Shown here: one piece after another, positions 10,901 through 21,867 of the stretch
How the letters are laid out: every line of letters starts with the position of its first letter
How positions within the stretch are numbered: position 1 is the stretch's first letter
From: Cyanobacteriota bacterium
Lineage (GTDB): Bacteria; Cyanobacteriota; Cyanobacteriia; Thermostichales; Thermostichaceae
Direction of reading: 5' to 3'
DNA length: 64,000 bases
Assembly (NCBI GenBank): GCA_033764955.1
Contig: JANRIL010000048.1
Location: 32,001-96,000, forward strand
The notes under the pieces: generated by a model
Told to the model about the DNA's origin: nothing
The model's input: the letters and a program-made list of their open reading frames with translations, nothing else
Databases searched by the model: none
Translations under genes and position numbers: made by a program

Positions 10901-12897
10901 ATGCCTGATCACAACTACTTTTCCAGCCTAATCTGGCAGATCGCTGATCTGTTGCGTGGGCCGTACCGTCCGCCTCAGTACGAGCGGGTGATACTGCCGA
11001 GGTGTTACGGCGGTTTGATTGTATCTTGGCTCCTAGTAAGAGCAAGGTTTTAGCAAAGTACGAGCAACATAAGGGAGGCAGGCTGGAAGGAGAGGCGCTG
11101 GATCGGATGCTCGACCAAACGGCTGGACAACGCTTTCATAATCACTCGTCACTAGATTTTGAGAGGCTGAAGGGGGATCCCGATAACATTGCTCAGCATT
11201 TGGTGAGTTACATTCAGGGGTTTTCCAGTAATGTGTGACATATTTTTGAGTATTTCGAGTTTGAGAATGAAATCGAGAAGATGCGAGAATCGAACATTCT
11301 CTATCTGGTGGTCTCGAAGTTTGGGGATGTAAATTTACATCCTGATCAGGTGCCGAATGAGCAGATGGGGTTGATTTTTGAGAATCTGATCCGACGTTTT
11401 AATGAACTGGCTAATGAGACGGCTGGGGATCACTTTACGCCGCGTGAGGTGATTCGGCTGATGGTGAATATTCTATTTATCAATGATGATCTGCTGGCAA
11501 CGCCAGGAACGGTGCGTAAGTTGCTGGATCCTGCCTGTGGGACGGGGGGGATGCTGGCAGAGGCACAGAATTATTTGCGGGAACATCATGGGGCAGCAAA
11601 GCTCTATGTGTTTAGGCAGGACTATAAGCGGGGGTTTGCAACGGCGGCTTCAGACATGCTGATGAAGCAGATCAATCAAAATGGCAGCAGCAAGAATATT
11701 CGGTATGGGGATAGCTTTACTGAGGATCAATTTGAGGATGAGACGTTTGATTATTTCCTGACGAATCCCCCATTTGGAGTGGATTGGAAAAAGCAGCAAA
11801 AAGAGATCATGCGGGAGCATGAGAGTCGGGGTTTTGATGGTCGCTTTGGGGCGGGTTTGCCCCGGATCAATGACGGATCCCTGTTGTTTTTGCAACACAT
11901 GATCGCTAAGTTTGAGCCAGTTGCACCAAATAAACAGAAGTATGGATCCCGTTTGGCGATTGTGTTTTCGGGATCCCCATTGTTTACGGGTGGGGCGGGA
12001 TCCGGTGAGAGTGAGATTCGGCGGTGGATTATCGAACACGATTGGTTGGAGGCGATCATCGCCCTACCGGAGCAGATGTTTTACAACACGGGGATTGGTA
12101 CTTACGTTTGGATCGTAACCAATCGCAAGGAAGAACGGCGGCGGGGCAAGATCCAGCTTGTGGATGCGCGGGGGTTTTGGGCGGCGGGGGGCAGTGAGGA
12201 GAGCAAGCGCAGCTTGGGAGATAAGCGTCGTCATATTACGGCTGATCAGATCGCTGAGATCGTCAAGCTTTATGGCAATTTCGAGGATGGTGAGCGCTCT
12301 AAGATTTTTGATAATGAGGATTTTGGCTATACGCGGGTGACGGTGGAGCGTCCATTGCGGCTGCGTTATCAGATGACGTTTGAGGAGAAGGCACGGTTTT
12401 TGGATGCTTGCCCTCACTTGTTGGATGATATTCAGGCGATTGATGCGGGGTTGGGGCGGGATCCCGTGCTGGATTGGAATGCTGTATGGAAACAGATCCA
12501 GAGTTTGTTACGCAAGCATGGCTCCAAGTGGAAAAAGACGGAGCAAAAGTTGTTTCGGGATGTGGTTACCCAGACGGATCCCGATGCAGAGCGGGTCTTT
12601 CTCCCCTCTCCCAGAGGTAGAGGGGCTGGGGGTGAGGGATATGAGGCGGATTCGAGCTTGAGGGATTTTGAGAATGTGCCGCTGACGGAGGATATTGAGG
12701 AGTATTTTGAGCGGGAAGTACGACCGCATGTGCCGGATACTTGGATGGATCGGAGCAAGGATAAGGTGGGTTATGAGATCAATTTCAACCGACATTTTTA
12801 TAAGTACACACCACCACGTCCGTTGACAGAAATTGATGCGGATCTTAAGCGGGCGGAAGAGGAGATTTTGAGACTCCTAAGAGAGGTGACAGAGTGA
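10901..12897 (+). pseudogene. hsdM: Type I restriction-modification methyltransferase, disrupted near the 5' end
   Basis: ATG 10901 reads MPDHNYFSSLIWQIADLLRGPYRPPQYERVILP, frameshifts near 11000 into VLRRFDC..., hits in-frame TGA 11236-11238, then continues HIFEYFEF into the 11281 ORF with FTPREV, DPACGTGG and NPPF. Confidence 0.9.
12601..12638 (+). repeat. Short palindromic element in frame within hsdM (LPSPRGRGAGGEG)
   Basis: CCCCTCT-CCCAGAGGT-AGAGGGG hairpin followed by CTGGGGGTGAGGG; resembles small dispersed repeats of cyanobacteria. Confidence 0.55.
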
Positions 12898-14153
12898 CAA
12901 GCATTCGGTCAAATAAACGTGTCCGGTTGAAATTCCTAGCTCACATTGAAATGGGGCAATCTCCACCGTCTTCAGAATACTCAAACCTGCCAGAGGACGG
13001 AGTACCTTTTCTTCAGGGTACAGCTGATTTTGGAGCAACAATTCCAAGTCCAAAGGTTTACTGTAGAACTTCTACTAAACTTGCTCAAGTTGAGGACATC
13101 CTATTCTCGGTACGCGCACCAGTTGGAGAAATCAATCTGGCAGATCAAGACTACGGAATCGGAAGAGGACTTTGTGCTATAAGACCTAGCAATAAATGGA
13201 ATAATCGCTTTGGTTGGTGGGCATTATATGAAGCGCGTTATCAACTAAGCTTTGTATCAACAGGAAGCACTTATGAGGCAGTTTCTACCGAAGATGTTTC
13301 GAATTTATTAGTAACGATCACTTCTGATAAAAGACAACGTGCAATTGCTGACTATTTAGATCGAGAGACAGCACGGATCGATGCGTTAATTGCTGCCAAA
13401 GAGCGACTGTTAGAACTACTTGCCGAAAAGCGGCGGGCACTGATCACCCAAGCCGTTACCCGTGGTCTGGATCCCAGTGTTCCTCTGCGAGACTCAGGGA
13501 TCCCGTGGTTGGGGGGGATCCCTGATCATTGGAAGATAGTCGCCCTCAGATTCTTAGTTGATTTTACAAGTGGTGCTACACCAAACACTGAGACAAGAGA
13601 ATATTGGGACGGAGAGATTCCTTGGGTTTCTCCAAAGGACATGAAACAAGATGAGATTAGTGATGCACAGGATCATGTTAGCGAACTCGCACTTTCCGAA
13701 AGCCCTCTTCACCTAATTAAGCCAGAAGCTGTGCTGATTGTAGTAAGGGGTATGATCCTAGCTCATAGTTTTCCTACAGCGGTGACAACTGCACCGATCA
13801 CAATCAATCAGGATATGAAAGCATTACGTTGTCGTAGCTCTTTGAATCCGTATTACCTTCGCGATTTTTTTCGAGGAAATGAGCAATATATCATCTCACT
13901 TATGGATATGGCGACTCACGGAACTCGAAGGCTTGACACTGAGGTAATTGGGCAGTTGACAGTTACTTTACCTTCACTTGGTGAGCAACAAATTATCATA
14001 GATTACATTCGCGATAGCACCTCACTCCTTGATCGAACTATTGTCGAAACAGAAAATACAATCACACTACTCAAAGAACGCCGTGCCGCCCTTATTGCCG
14101 CAGCAGTGACAGGTCAGATTGAGGTTGGTAGGGATCCGTTATACTATTCTTAG
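12894..14153 (+). CDS. hsdS: Type I restriction-modification specificity subunit
   Basis: Two TRDs; central QRAIADYLDRETARIDALI...LAEKRRALITQAVTRGLDP...DSGIPWLG; C-terminal LKERRAALIAAAVTGQI; overlaps hsdM stop. Confidence 0.95.
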   Translation: MTSIRSNKRVRLKFLAHIEMGQSPPSSEYSNLPEDGVPFLQGTADFGATIPSPKVYCRTSTKLAQVEDILFSVRAPVGEINLADQDYGIGRGLCAIRPSNKWNNRFGWWALYEARYQLSFVSTGSTYEAVSTEDVSNLLVTITSDKRQRAIADYLDRETARIDALIAAKERLLELLAEKRRALITQAVTRGLDPSVPLRDSGIPWLGGIPDHWKIVALRFLVDFTSGATPNTETREYWDGEIPWVSPKDMKQDEISDAQDHVSELALSESPLHLIKPEAVLIVVRGMILAHSFPTAVTTAPITINQDMKALRCRSSLNPYYLRDFFRGNEQYIISLMDMATHGTRRLDTEVIGQLTVTLPSLGEQQIIIDYIRDSTSLLDRTIVETENTITLLKERRAALIAAAVTGQIEVGRDPLYYS

Positions 14154-14264
14154 CAGTCTTACTCTTTGGGTGAGGCAAGGTTATTTATTCACAACAAACC
14201 GTCAGAATTCGGATTTAGATAGACGAGGGTTAGATATCTTAGTTCTCTGGAGAACCTTAAATCC

Positions 14265-14474
14265 ATGAACAACCGCGAACAATTAATTCAAGAACTCGAA
14301 CAAGCTCCCGATGATCTAGTGGAGATACTACTAGATTATTTGCATCGGATTAAGGCGACACGCAAACACCATCCCCTGGCAAAATTTGCGGGCATCTTAA
14401 GTGATTCAGAAGCAGAAGAACTTCAGCAAATAATTACACAAGAATTTCGGCAGGTAGATTTGAATGAGTGGTGA
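14265..14474 (+). CDS. Putative antitoxin (DUF2281-like) of VapC pair
   Basis: Small acidic ORF overlapping the PIN toxin; HPLAKFAGILS. Confidence 0.7.
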   Translation: MNNREQLIQELEQAPDDLVEILLDYLHRIKATRKHHPLAKFAGILSDSEAEELQQIITQEFRQVDLNEW

Positions 14475-14853
14475 AATTGCAATTGACACTTCTACTGCGA
14501 TTCGCTTTTTGAATGGACACCCAATAATTACACAAAAGATACTAGCTTTACCAGAATTAAATCTGCCAATAGTTGTCATCGGAGAATTGCTATTTGGGGC
14601 ACAAAACTCAACACGTCCGTTTCATAATCTACCTCGCTATCTAGAATTTATATCCGCTTGTAAAGTGATGCCATTAGGCAGAGAAACAGCAACACTATAT
14701 GCCCAAACACGGTTAGCATTGAAGCGCAAGGGGCGACCAATTCCAATGAATGATGTGTGGATTACTGCTCAGTGTCTTGAACATAGCTGGATCCTAGTGA
14801 CTGATGATACTGATTTTGAGCATATAGAGGGTTTAATACTGGAGCATTGGTAG
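14464..14853 (+). CDS. vapC: PIN-domain toxin
   Basis: IAIDTS, VIGELLFG, GRPIPMNDVWI, LVTDDTDF. Confidence 0.92.
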   Translation: MSGEIAIDTSTAIRFLNGHPIITQKILALPELNLPIVVIGELLFGAQNSTRPFHNLPRYLEFISACKVMPLGRETATLYAQTRLALKRKGRPIPMNDVWITAQCLEHSWILVTDDTDFEHIEGLILEHW

Positions 14854-14902
14854 CAAAGCTAGGGATAAGGCTATATCAACCAACTAACACAATGTAGGTT
14901 AA

Positions 14903-15196
14903 GTGATGCGAAAACAGGAAGCTCTTACATTATTAATAAAGCACCAAAATACCATGAAGGATTTTGGTGTCAAGTCTCTGATACTCTTTGGTTCAGTGGC
15001 AAGAGATGAAGCACGAACAGACAGCGATATCGATCTGCTAGTAGAGTTTGATCGTCCGGTTGGGTTGTTTACCTTTGTACGGTTAAAACGATATCTAGAA
15101 GAGATTTTAGAGAGTTCCGTTGATCTGGGTACACCTGACTCTCTCAAACCTTATCTACAAGAACCCGTTTTCCGGGAGGCGATTCGTGCCTTCTAG
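14903..15196 (+). CDS. Minimal nucleotidyltransferase (MNT) antitoxin
   Basis: LFGSVARDEARTDSDIDLLV (GSx10DxD). Confidence 0.92.
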   Translation: MMRKQEALTLLIKHQNTMKDFGVKSLILFGSVARDEARTDSDIDLLVEFDRPVGLFTFVRLKRYLEEILESSVDLGTPDSLKPYLQEPVFREAIRAF

Positions 15197-15524
15197 AGAT
15201 TGGCAAAATAGAATAAGAGATGTGCTAGCTGCCATTGCTGAGATCCGAGAATTCACTAACGATACTACATTCGATCAGTTTCAAAATGATCGCAAGACAA
15301 TCAAGGCAGTTTTGTATAACCTTGCCATTATTGGTGAAGCCGTTCGTGGTATTCCCCCTGACTTAGAGGCTTCACATCCTGAAATTCCCTGGGATGATGT
15401 GCGTGGAATGAGAAATATTGTGATCCACGAGTATTTTCAAGTCAATATGTCTATCATCTGGCAAACAATTCAAGAAGATCTTGTTTCACTAGAAGATTCT
15501 CTTAACCTGTTGATTAACCCTTGA
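15186..15524 (+). CDS. HEPN (DUF86) ribonuclease toxin
   Basis: GTG 15186 MPSRDWQNRIRD; IIGEA; RNIVIHEY (Rx4HxY). Confidence 0.92.
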   Translation: MPSRDWQNRIRDVLAAIAEIREFTNDTTFDQFQNDRKTIKAVLYNLAIIGEAVRGIPPDLEASHPEIPWDDVRGMRNIVIHEYFQVNMSIIWQTIQEDLVSLEDSLNLLINP

Positions 15525-15702
15525 ACAGGGTATATGTTTTTATTCGAGCCTCAGATCCGAAGCCACCTAGCGACTCTCTCTAACTAGGAAGACGCGATTA
15601 TATTTTAGATGCTGTGGGCTCTATACAAAGGAAAAACCCTTAGCAAATTCAGGCCATCGAAGCTGAGTTGGAGGAGCAGCAGGTGTTGATGCCGCTTAAC
15701 CC

Positions 15703-16020
15703 CTAGCGATAATGTCTCTGGCCAGAAGCGGTTCCCCGACCCAAAGCTCTAGCTGTACCTGTGGCCACACCGGATCCCAGTGCCACTCCCTGACCCGACA
15801 CGGTGCCAGTTCCCCGCTTAGTTTGGATGTTTCCCTCGGCATCGCGGTAGACCACCACCCCTTGGCCTGTCACCGTCCCCGAACCCCGTACTACACCCCA
15901 CCCATGAGCGGAACCCAATCCGGCCACATAGCCTCGACCATTAACCGATTCGGCTTGCACTCCAGTGTCTAAACTGAATAGAGTGCCTAAGCAGACAATC
16001 GCGGATAAATAACCTTTCAT
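15703..16020 (-). CDS. Small exported Gly-rich hexapeptide-repeat protein
   Basis: GGAG RBS before ATG 16020; signal peptide ending VQA; GxGx(V/A)x repeats. Confidence 0.7.
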   Translation of the reverse strand: MKGYLSAIVCLGTLFSLDTGVQAESVNGRGYVAGLGSAHGWGVVRGSGTVTGQGVVVYRDAEGNIQTKRGTGTVSGQGVALGSGVATGTARALGRGTASGQRHYR

Positions 16021-16126
16021 GTTTGTCTCTCCTATTTGGGGATGAGCACTCTCAAGGATGCCTACTACCCATAAGACTCTTTTCCTGCCTAAGACGTTCA
16101 AAATCTGAAGGTTAGATGGTAGGGCT

Positions 16127-16163
16127 AAAAAATGAGGAGGAGACTTGACATCCCCTCCCCCAT
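16127..16163 (-). terminator. Rho-independent terminator of rbcLXS
   Basis: Minus strand GGGGGAGGGGA-loop-TCTCCTCCTC followed by ATTTTTT. Confidence 0.65.
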
Positions 16164-16235
16164 AAGAAAAATACTCCTAACAGGACAATCCGTTGCTTAT
16201 GCAAAGACCCTGAACGACCTTGTGATCAACGGAGC

Positions 16236-16568
16236 TTAGCGAATGCCACTGGGCTTGTGAACAATAAAGCTCAAGACTTGGCACTGTTGAACGTTATCAA
16301 AACCCACCACGCGAATATAGCAGTGGGGATAAGCACTGCGGCATTGTTGCACTTCGCTCAACACTTCCTGGGTAGAACGTGCGCCAAACAAAGGCAATTT
16401 CCACATCGTCCAGTAGTAGGTGGTTGGTTCAGAGGTCTCGTTAAACTCAATCGCAGGAAAGTATCCTTTGTCCAAGATATATTGCACTTGCTTGGTGATC
16501 TGTACATCCGTCAAAGGAGGCAGATAGGACAGAGTTTCGTAACGCCGCTCTTTCGGTAAAGTCTGCAT
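16236..16568 (-). CDS. rbcS: RuBisCO small subunit
   Basis: [29 protein letters not shown]. Confidence 0.99.
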   Translation of the reverse strand: MQTLPKERRYETLSYLPPLTDVQITKQVQYILDKGYFPAIEFNETSEPTTYYWTMWKLPLFGARSTQEVLSEVQQCRSAYPHCYIRVVGFDNVQQCQVLSFIVHKPSGIR

Positions 16569-16622
16569 GGGATCCTCGAAATAAAGTAGTAGACAATTCA
16601 GTCGTAGAGAACAAGTCAGGGT

Positions 16623-17021
16623 TTAGGGATCCCCTTCTCCCTCCGGAGGGTAATCGGCAGCAGAAGGGGAGGTAAATTCAAGCTGGGTAACCCGCTCTAG
16701 GTGCTGGCGACGGTGTTGCATATTAAACTCTTGAATGCCCGTTCGAGCCATTTCTGGCAGAAAATCAGCAATCTCACTCGCAATATGTTCACGTACCGTC
16801 ATGATCCGAAAGGCTAAGGCAGGTCGCTCTCGCAAAAGCTCCTCTAGATAAATCTCACTCTCTTGAATGTGGCTATTTTCTCCGAAGGAAAACCGGCGTA
16901 ACCACATCGCTTGCGGGGGATCCGTTTCGCTTAACTGCTCTAGGACAGTTCGCATGGCTTGATAAGTAAAATAACTGATCAAGGTTTTGGCACTGTCTTT
17001 GGCAATTTGCTTGAGATTCAT
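16623..17021 (-). CDS. rbcX: RuBisCO assembly chaperone
   Basis: MNLKQIAKDSAKTLISYFTYQA, RIMTVREHIA; located between rbcL and rbcS. Confidence 0.97.
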   Translation of the reverse strand: MNLKQIAKDSAKTLISYFTYQAMRTVLEQLSETDPPQAMWLRRFSFGENSHIQESEIYLEELLRERPALAFRIMTVREHIASEIADFLPEMARTGIQEFNMQHRRQHLERVTQLEFTSPSAADYPPEGEGDP

Positions 17022-17103
17022 AGGGGCTTTCCACAACTTGTGGGAGGGGCTTGGATAGAAGAACGACCGTGCCTGTGCCAGTTGAGGAATCAAGCAAGCC
17101 CCA

Positions 17104-18534
17104 TTAGAGGGTATCCACCGCCTTAAATTCAAACTTGATTTCCTTCCAAAGTTCGCAAGCCACCGCCAGCTCAGGACACCAACGAGCGGCTTCCCGAATC
17201 ACATCATTGCCTTCGCGGGCTAGGCTGCGCCCCTCGTTACGGGCTTGAATACAGGCTTCCAGAGCCACGCGGTTGGCGGTTGCCCCAGGGGCGTTACCCC
17301 AGGGATGGCCGAGGGTGCCTCCGCCAAACTGTAGGCAAGAATCATCCCCAAAAATCTCCACCAAGGCAGGCATGTGCCAAATGTGGATCCCGCCGGAAGC
17401 TACAGGCATCACACCTGGCATCGAAGCCCAGTCTTGGGTGAAAAAGACGCCACGGCTGCGATCCGCTTCCACATAGTTTTCCCGCATCAAATCGACAAAA
17501 CCGAGGGTGATCGCGCGGTCACCTTCTAGTTTGCCCACCACCGTACCGGAGTGGAGGTGATCCCCTCCCGACATCCGCAAGCACTTAGCCAAAACGCGGA
17601 AGTGAATACCGTGGTTCTTTTGCCGATCAATCACAGCGTGCATGGCGCGGTGAATGTGTAGCAACAAACCATTGCGACGGCAGTATTTCGCCAAGGTAGT
17701 ATTGGCGGTAAAGCCACCCGTCAGATAGTCATGCATGATGATGGGAGTGCCCAGTTCTTTGGCAAACTCGGCTCGCTCCAGCATCTCTTCGCAGGTGGGA
17801 GCAGTCACATTCAGATAGTGGCCTTTGATTTCTCCGGTTTCCGCTTGCGCCTTTTGAATGGCATCTTGCACAAACAGGAAGCGATCCCGCCAGCGCATGA
17901 AGGGCTGAGAGTTGATATTTTCGTCATCTTTGGTGAAATCCAGACCACCCCGTAGGCACTCATAAACGGCCCGACCGTAGTTTTTGGCGGATAGACCCAG
18001 TTTCGGCTTGATGGTACAGCCCAAGAGGGGACGGCCATATTTGTTGAGTTTGTCCCGCTCCACCTGGATGCCGTGGGGGGGGCCTTGGAAGGTTTTCAGG
18101 TAGGCCACCGGGATCCGCAAATCTTCTAGACGAAGCGCTTTCAGAGCCTTAAAGCCGAAGACGTTACCCACAATCGAGGTGAGCATATTGGTGACGGAGC
18201 CTTCCTCAAACAGATCGAGGGGATAGGCCACAAAGCAGAGATACTGGTTATCCTCCCCTGGAACCGCCTCAATGTCATAGCAGCGACCTTTGTAGCGATC
18301 CAAATCGGTCAACAGATCCGTCCACACCGTTGTCCACGTTCCGGTGGAGGACTCCGCCGCTACCGCCGCTCCCGCTTCTTCGGGGGGCACACCCGGTTGC
18401 GGGGTAACCCGAAAACAAGCCAGCACATCGGTATCTTTGGGAGTGTAGTCAGGGGTGTAGTAGGTTAATTTATAATCCTTAACCCCGGCTTGGTACCCAG
18501 CCTTTGATTGACTTTTGGTTTGAGAATAAGACAC
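17104..18534 (-). CDS. rbcL: RuBisCO large subunit, form IB
   Basis: [20 protein letters not shown] start preceded by GAGG. Confidence 0.99.
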   Translation of the reverse strand: MSYSQTKSQSKAGYQAGVKDYKLTYYTPDYTPKDTDVLACFRVTPQPGVPPEEAGAAVAAESSTGTWTTVWTDLLTDLDRYKGRCYDIEAVPGEDNQYLCFVAYPLDLFEEGSVTNMLTSIVGNVFGFKALKALRLEDLRIPVAYLKTFQGPPHGIQVERDKLNKYGRPLLGCTIKPKLGLSAKNYGRAVYECLRGGLDFTKDDENINSQPFMRWRDRFLFVQDAIQKAQAETGEIKGHYLNVTAPTCEEMLERAEFAKELGTPIIMHDYLTGGFTANTTLAKYCRRNGLLLHIHRAMHAVIDRQKNHGIHFRVLAKCLRMSGGDHLHSGTVVGKLEGDRAITLGFVDLMRENYVEADRSRGVFFTQDWASMPGVMPVASGGIHIWHMPALVEIFGDDSCLQFGGGTLGHPWGNAPGATANRVALEACIQARNEGRSLAREGNDVIREAARWCPELAVACELWKEIKFEFKAVDTL

Positions 18535-18989
18535 TTTCTGATCTACCTCTGATTGAATGTGAACACGGATGACAAGATGCCCCTAAACAAACCGACTGGC
18601 AATTATACTTACCAGCACAGATGATTTTTAGCTCCTGCAATGTCTCTTGAATTCTCGATGAGGATAAAACCTAAGTGAACGCAAAACTGCCGCCCCTCAA
18701 GGATTTTACCCATCCAGTGAATTTCGATTTTCTTGGGTTAGATCACCCCACATTTAGGGATCCCCAACTCAAGGAGCACAAACAACTTCTTTGATAAGCC
18801 AAGCGGTTTCAGTAAGAACTTGCTGGTTAATCATAAGTTATCACTGTTAATGGTTTGTTGATTATTACTTTGTTTATGAGATCGATTAGTTTAATTAAAT
18901 TGATCCTGATGATTGGCAGTAATCTCCTTAAGATTCTATAGAAAAGTTTATACTCGGCAGCCTGGGATCCCACTGCAGACTGGGATCCC

Positions 18990-19901
18990 TCAACTGGCAC
19001 TCAACTCCGCCACCAGTTGCTCCAGTTCCGCCTCCGACACCCGATAGACCTCGTTGCAAAAATGGCAGGTGGCCTCCGCCCCTTTGTCGGTTTGGATCAT
19101 GTCCATCAACTCATCTCTGCCCAACATGCGTAACGCGCCCATGACGCGGTTGCTGCTGCACCGACAGTGAAAGCGGATGGGCTTGACCTGCGGCCAAATT
19201 CGTAGATCGAGATCCCCCAGCAATCCCTCCAGAATTTCCGGTAGGGTTTTCCCCGCCGCGAGCAGAGGGCTCAAGGCTTCCACTCCCGCCAGCCGCCCTT
19301 CCATCTCAGGAATGAGGGACGGAGGCGCTCCCGGCATCACCTGTAACAATAACCCCCCGGCAGCCTTAACTCCTTCTCGATCCAGCCAAACTCCCAACAA
19401 CACCGCCGAGGGGGTCTGCTCAGAGGTGGCTAAATACTGGGTTAGATCCTCCCCAATCTCCCCAGATACTAACTCCACGGTGCTGGTGTAGGGATAGCCA
19501 TAGCCCAAATCCCGCAGCACATGCAGATAGCCATAGCGACCGACAGCTTGTCCCACATCCAGCTTGCTATCGGGGGTGAGGGGTAGCTCAATGGCAGGGT
19601 TTTGCACGTACCCCCGTACCGTACCATCCATACCGGCATCCACCCATACCTTGCCAAGGGGACCATCTCCTTGCACCTGTAGGCTGATGCGGGCATCCCG
19701 TTGTTTAAGGGTGGCGGCTAACAGCAATCCGGCACTCATGGCTCGTCCCAAGGCGACGGTTGCCACAAAAGAGAGGTGATGCCGCTGGCGAGCTTCGATC
19801 ACCGATTGGGTGGAAATCAGGCCAACCGCACGAATCTTGCCATGGGCGGCAGTGGCCCGAATCAGTTGATCCGGTTGGGGGATAAGGGTGAAGTTGGCCA
19901 T
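18990..19901 (-). CDS. hslO: Hsp33 redox-regulated chaperone
   Basis: [16 protein letters not shown]...CHFC zinc motif. Confidence 0.96.
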   Translation of the reverse strand: MANFTLIPQPDQLIRATAAHGKIRAVGLISTQSVIEARQRHHLSFVATVALGRAMSAGLLLAATLKQRDARISLQVQGDGPLGKVWVDAGMDGTVRGYVQNPAIELPLTPDSKLDVGQAVGRYGYLHVLRDLGYGYPYTSTVELVSGEIGEDLTQYLATSEQTPSAVLLGVWLDREGVKAAGGLLLQVMPGAPPSLIPEMEGRLAGVEALSPLLAAGKTLPEILEGLLGDLDLRIWPQVKPIRFHCRCSSNRVMGALRMLGRDELMDMIQTDKGAEATCHFCNEVYRVSEAELEQLVAELSAS

Positions 19902-20153
19902 GTCTACCTCAACTACCAGCCGATGAACATCCGAGAGCGGCGCTTAACCTTGAACAATTGTAACTGTCCTGTGATGATCTGTTGGGTAGGTTCAGTCAGA
20001 GGACTTTTCTCTCCTGTCTTCCCCACCTTTTCTGGGAAAAGGTTTAAGAAGTATGAAGAACTGAGACGGGCGATAGCCTCCATGCCCGACAATAACTGGC
20101 GGGTATGCTTGCCGTACTCTTTAAGAAAGAATCGACTTCGAGGATGGATATCC

Positions 20154-20639
20154 ATGAGTGTTGTCACGAAATCAATTGTGAATGCGGACGCTGAAGCGCG
20201 TTATTTAAGCCCTGGTGAACTCGATCGGATCAAGTCTTTCGTTTCAACAGGCGAGAAGCGGTTGAGAATTGTACAAGTCTTAACCGAGTCCCGTGAGCGG
20301 ATCGTCAAGCAAGCGGCGGATGCTTTGTTCCAAAAGCGTCCTGATGTGGTTTCTCCTGGGGGTAATGCCTACGGGGAAGAAATGACTGCCACTTGCCTGC
20401 GGGATATGGACTACTACCTGCGTTTGGTGACCTACGGCGTGATCGCTGGCGATGTCACCCCCATCGAAGAAATTGGGTTGGTGGGTGTGCGGGAAATGTA
20501 CAACTCCTTGGGCACCCCGATCCCGGCTGTAGCGGAGAGCGTTCGCCAAATGAAGCAAGTGGCCACCGGACTGCTGTCTGGCGATGATGCCACCGAAGCT
20601 GGCTACTACTTTGACTTTGTGGTGGGAGCCATGAGCTAA
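20154..20639 (+). CDS. apcA: Allophycocyanin alpha subunit
   Basis: [34 protein letters not shown]; true start 20154 lies inside the longer track ORF. Confidence 0.99.
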   Translation: MSVVTKSIVNADAEARYLSPGELDRIKSFVSTGEKRLRIVQVLTESRERIVKQAADALFQKRPDVVSPGGNAYGEEMTATCLRDMDYYLRLVTYGVIAGDVTPIEEIGLVGVREMYNSLGTPIPAVAESVRQMKQVATGLLSGDDATEAGYYFDFVVGAMS

Positions 20640-20739
20640 GACTTCACCCATTTGGTGAAGCGGTGCGGATCCCAACCGGAGATCTATTGACCGGAGATCT
20701 ATCTGACTTGATTAACCACAGAGATTTAGGACATTTGAC

Positions 20740-21225
20740 ATGCAAGACGCAATTACTTCTGTCATTAACAGTTATGACGTGCAAGGGAAGTATCTAGATA
20801 CTTCCGCTATCGACAAACTGAAAGCCTTTTTTACCACGGGTGAACTGCGGGTGCGGGCGGCGGCCTCCATTGCGGCCAATGCTTCCACCATCGTTAAAGA
20901 TGCAGCAGCTAAGGCTTTGTTGTATTCCGACCTAACCCGTCCCGGTGGCAACATGTATACCACCCGTCGCTATGCCGCTTGTATTCGTGACATGGACTAC
21001 TATTTGCGCTACGCCACCTATGCCATGTTGGCGGGCGATGCCTCCATCCTGGATGAGCGGGTATTGAACGGTCTGAAGGAAACCTACAACTCCTTGGGCG
21101 TGCCCGTGGGAGCCACCATCCAAGCCATTCAAGCCATGAAAGAAGTGACCGCCGCTTTGGTGGGTGCTGACGCTGGCAAAGAAATGGGCGTTTACTTCGA
21201 CTACATTTGCTCTGGATTGAGCTAG
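20740..21225 (+). CDS. apcB: Allophycocyanin beta subunit
   Basis: [29 protein letters not shown]. Confidence 0.99.
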   Translation: MQDAITSVINSYDVQGKYLDTSAIDKLKAFFTTGELRVRAAASIAANASTIVKDAAAKALLYSDLTRPGGNMYTTRRYAACIRDMDYYLRYATYAMLAGDASILDERVLNGLKETYNSLGVPVGATIQAIQAMKEVTAALVGADAGKEMGVYFDYICSGLS

Positions 21226-21487
21226 TTGTGTGACAGCGCAATGGGTTGGATTCACGCGAGTCTGACCTAACCAAGCGGGCAGTTTGCTACAGGGATCTGG
21301 TGTGCTCTGGTACGCGAGCTTTCTGGGGTGTACTGCCCGTTTTGGTACAGAAACTTTGCTACAGCAAGAAAGACGGAATTTTCCTGATGAGGACGGCTTG
21401 CTTTGTTGGCTTCTGATGCTCTCACCGGATCCGAACAAGCTAGCCCAACTACCTACCCCTTTAATTCCTTTACCCTGGAAGCCAGCT

Positions 21488-21691
21488 ATGCGGATGTTCA
21501 AAATTACGGCCTGTGTGCCCAGCCAAACTCGGATTCGGACACAACGGGAACTGCAAAATACCTTTTTTACTAAGCTTGTCCCCTACGAAAACTGGTTCAA
21601 AGAGCAGCAACGGATTCAAAAATCTGGCGGCAGAATTGTCAAAGTTGAACTAGCCACAGGTCGTCCTGGTATGGATGTAGGTCTGTTATAG
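21488..21691 (+). CDS. apcC: Phycobilisome small core linker
   Basis: MRMFKITACVPSQTRIRTQRELQNTFFTKLVPYENWF. Confidence 0.98.
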   Translation: MRMFKITACVPSQTRIRTQRELQNTFFTKLVPYENWFKEQQRIQKSGGRIVKVELATGRPGMDVGLL

Positions 21692-21867
21692 AACTTTGCT
21701 CTGAACTCCTGCTTACTCCGACAAACTCCTACCCGTTAATTTCAGAATCTGGTTAATCCTCTGGTTCCTTCTGAAGGACGAGATCGGTTCGAGTTATGGA
21801 AAGATAGGTGAGGCCAAGGGATCCCTACGCTATGTTGGGATCCTTGATTTTTGATCGGGGGGATAGG

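Noticed and set aside
14186..14237. Weak attC-like pattern between hsdS and the antitoxin
   Set aside because: CACAAC and GTTAGAT are not complementary and the inner stem is poor.
15525..15702. Possible gene remnant (QIQAIEAELEEQQ) after the HEPN toxin
   Set aside because: Too short to identify.
18780..18955. LysR (RbcR/CmpR) boxes upstream of rbcL
   Set aside because: AT-rich with only partial matches; no exact motif I can support.
19776..20153. Long N-terminal extension of ApcA in the ORF track (likewise ApcC, RbcX and the sugar ATPase)
   Set aside because: Artefact of longest-ORF calling; canonical starts lie downstream.
20675..20702. ACCGGAGATCTAT direct repeat between apcA and apcB
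   Set aside because: Two copies only; a simple local duplication, not CRISPR.
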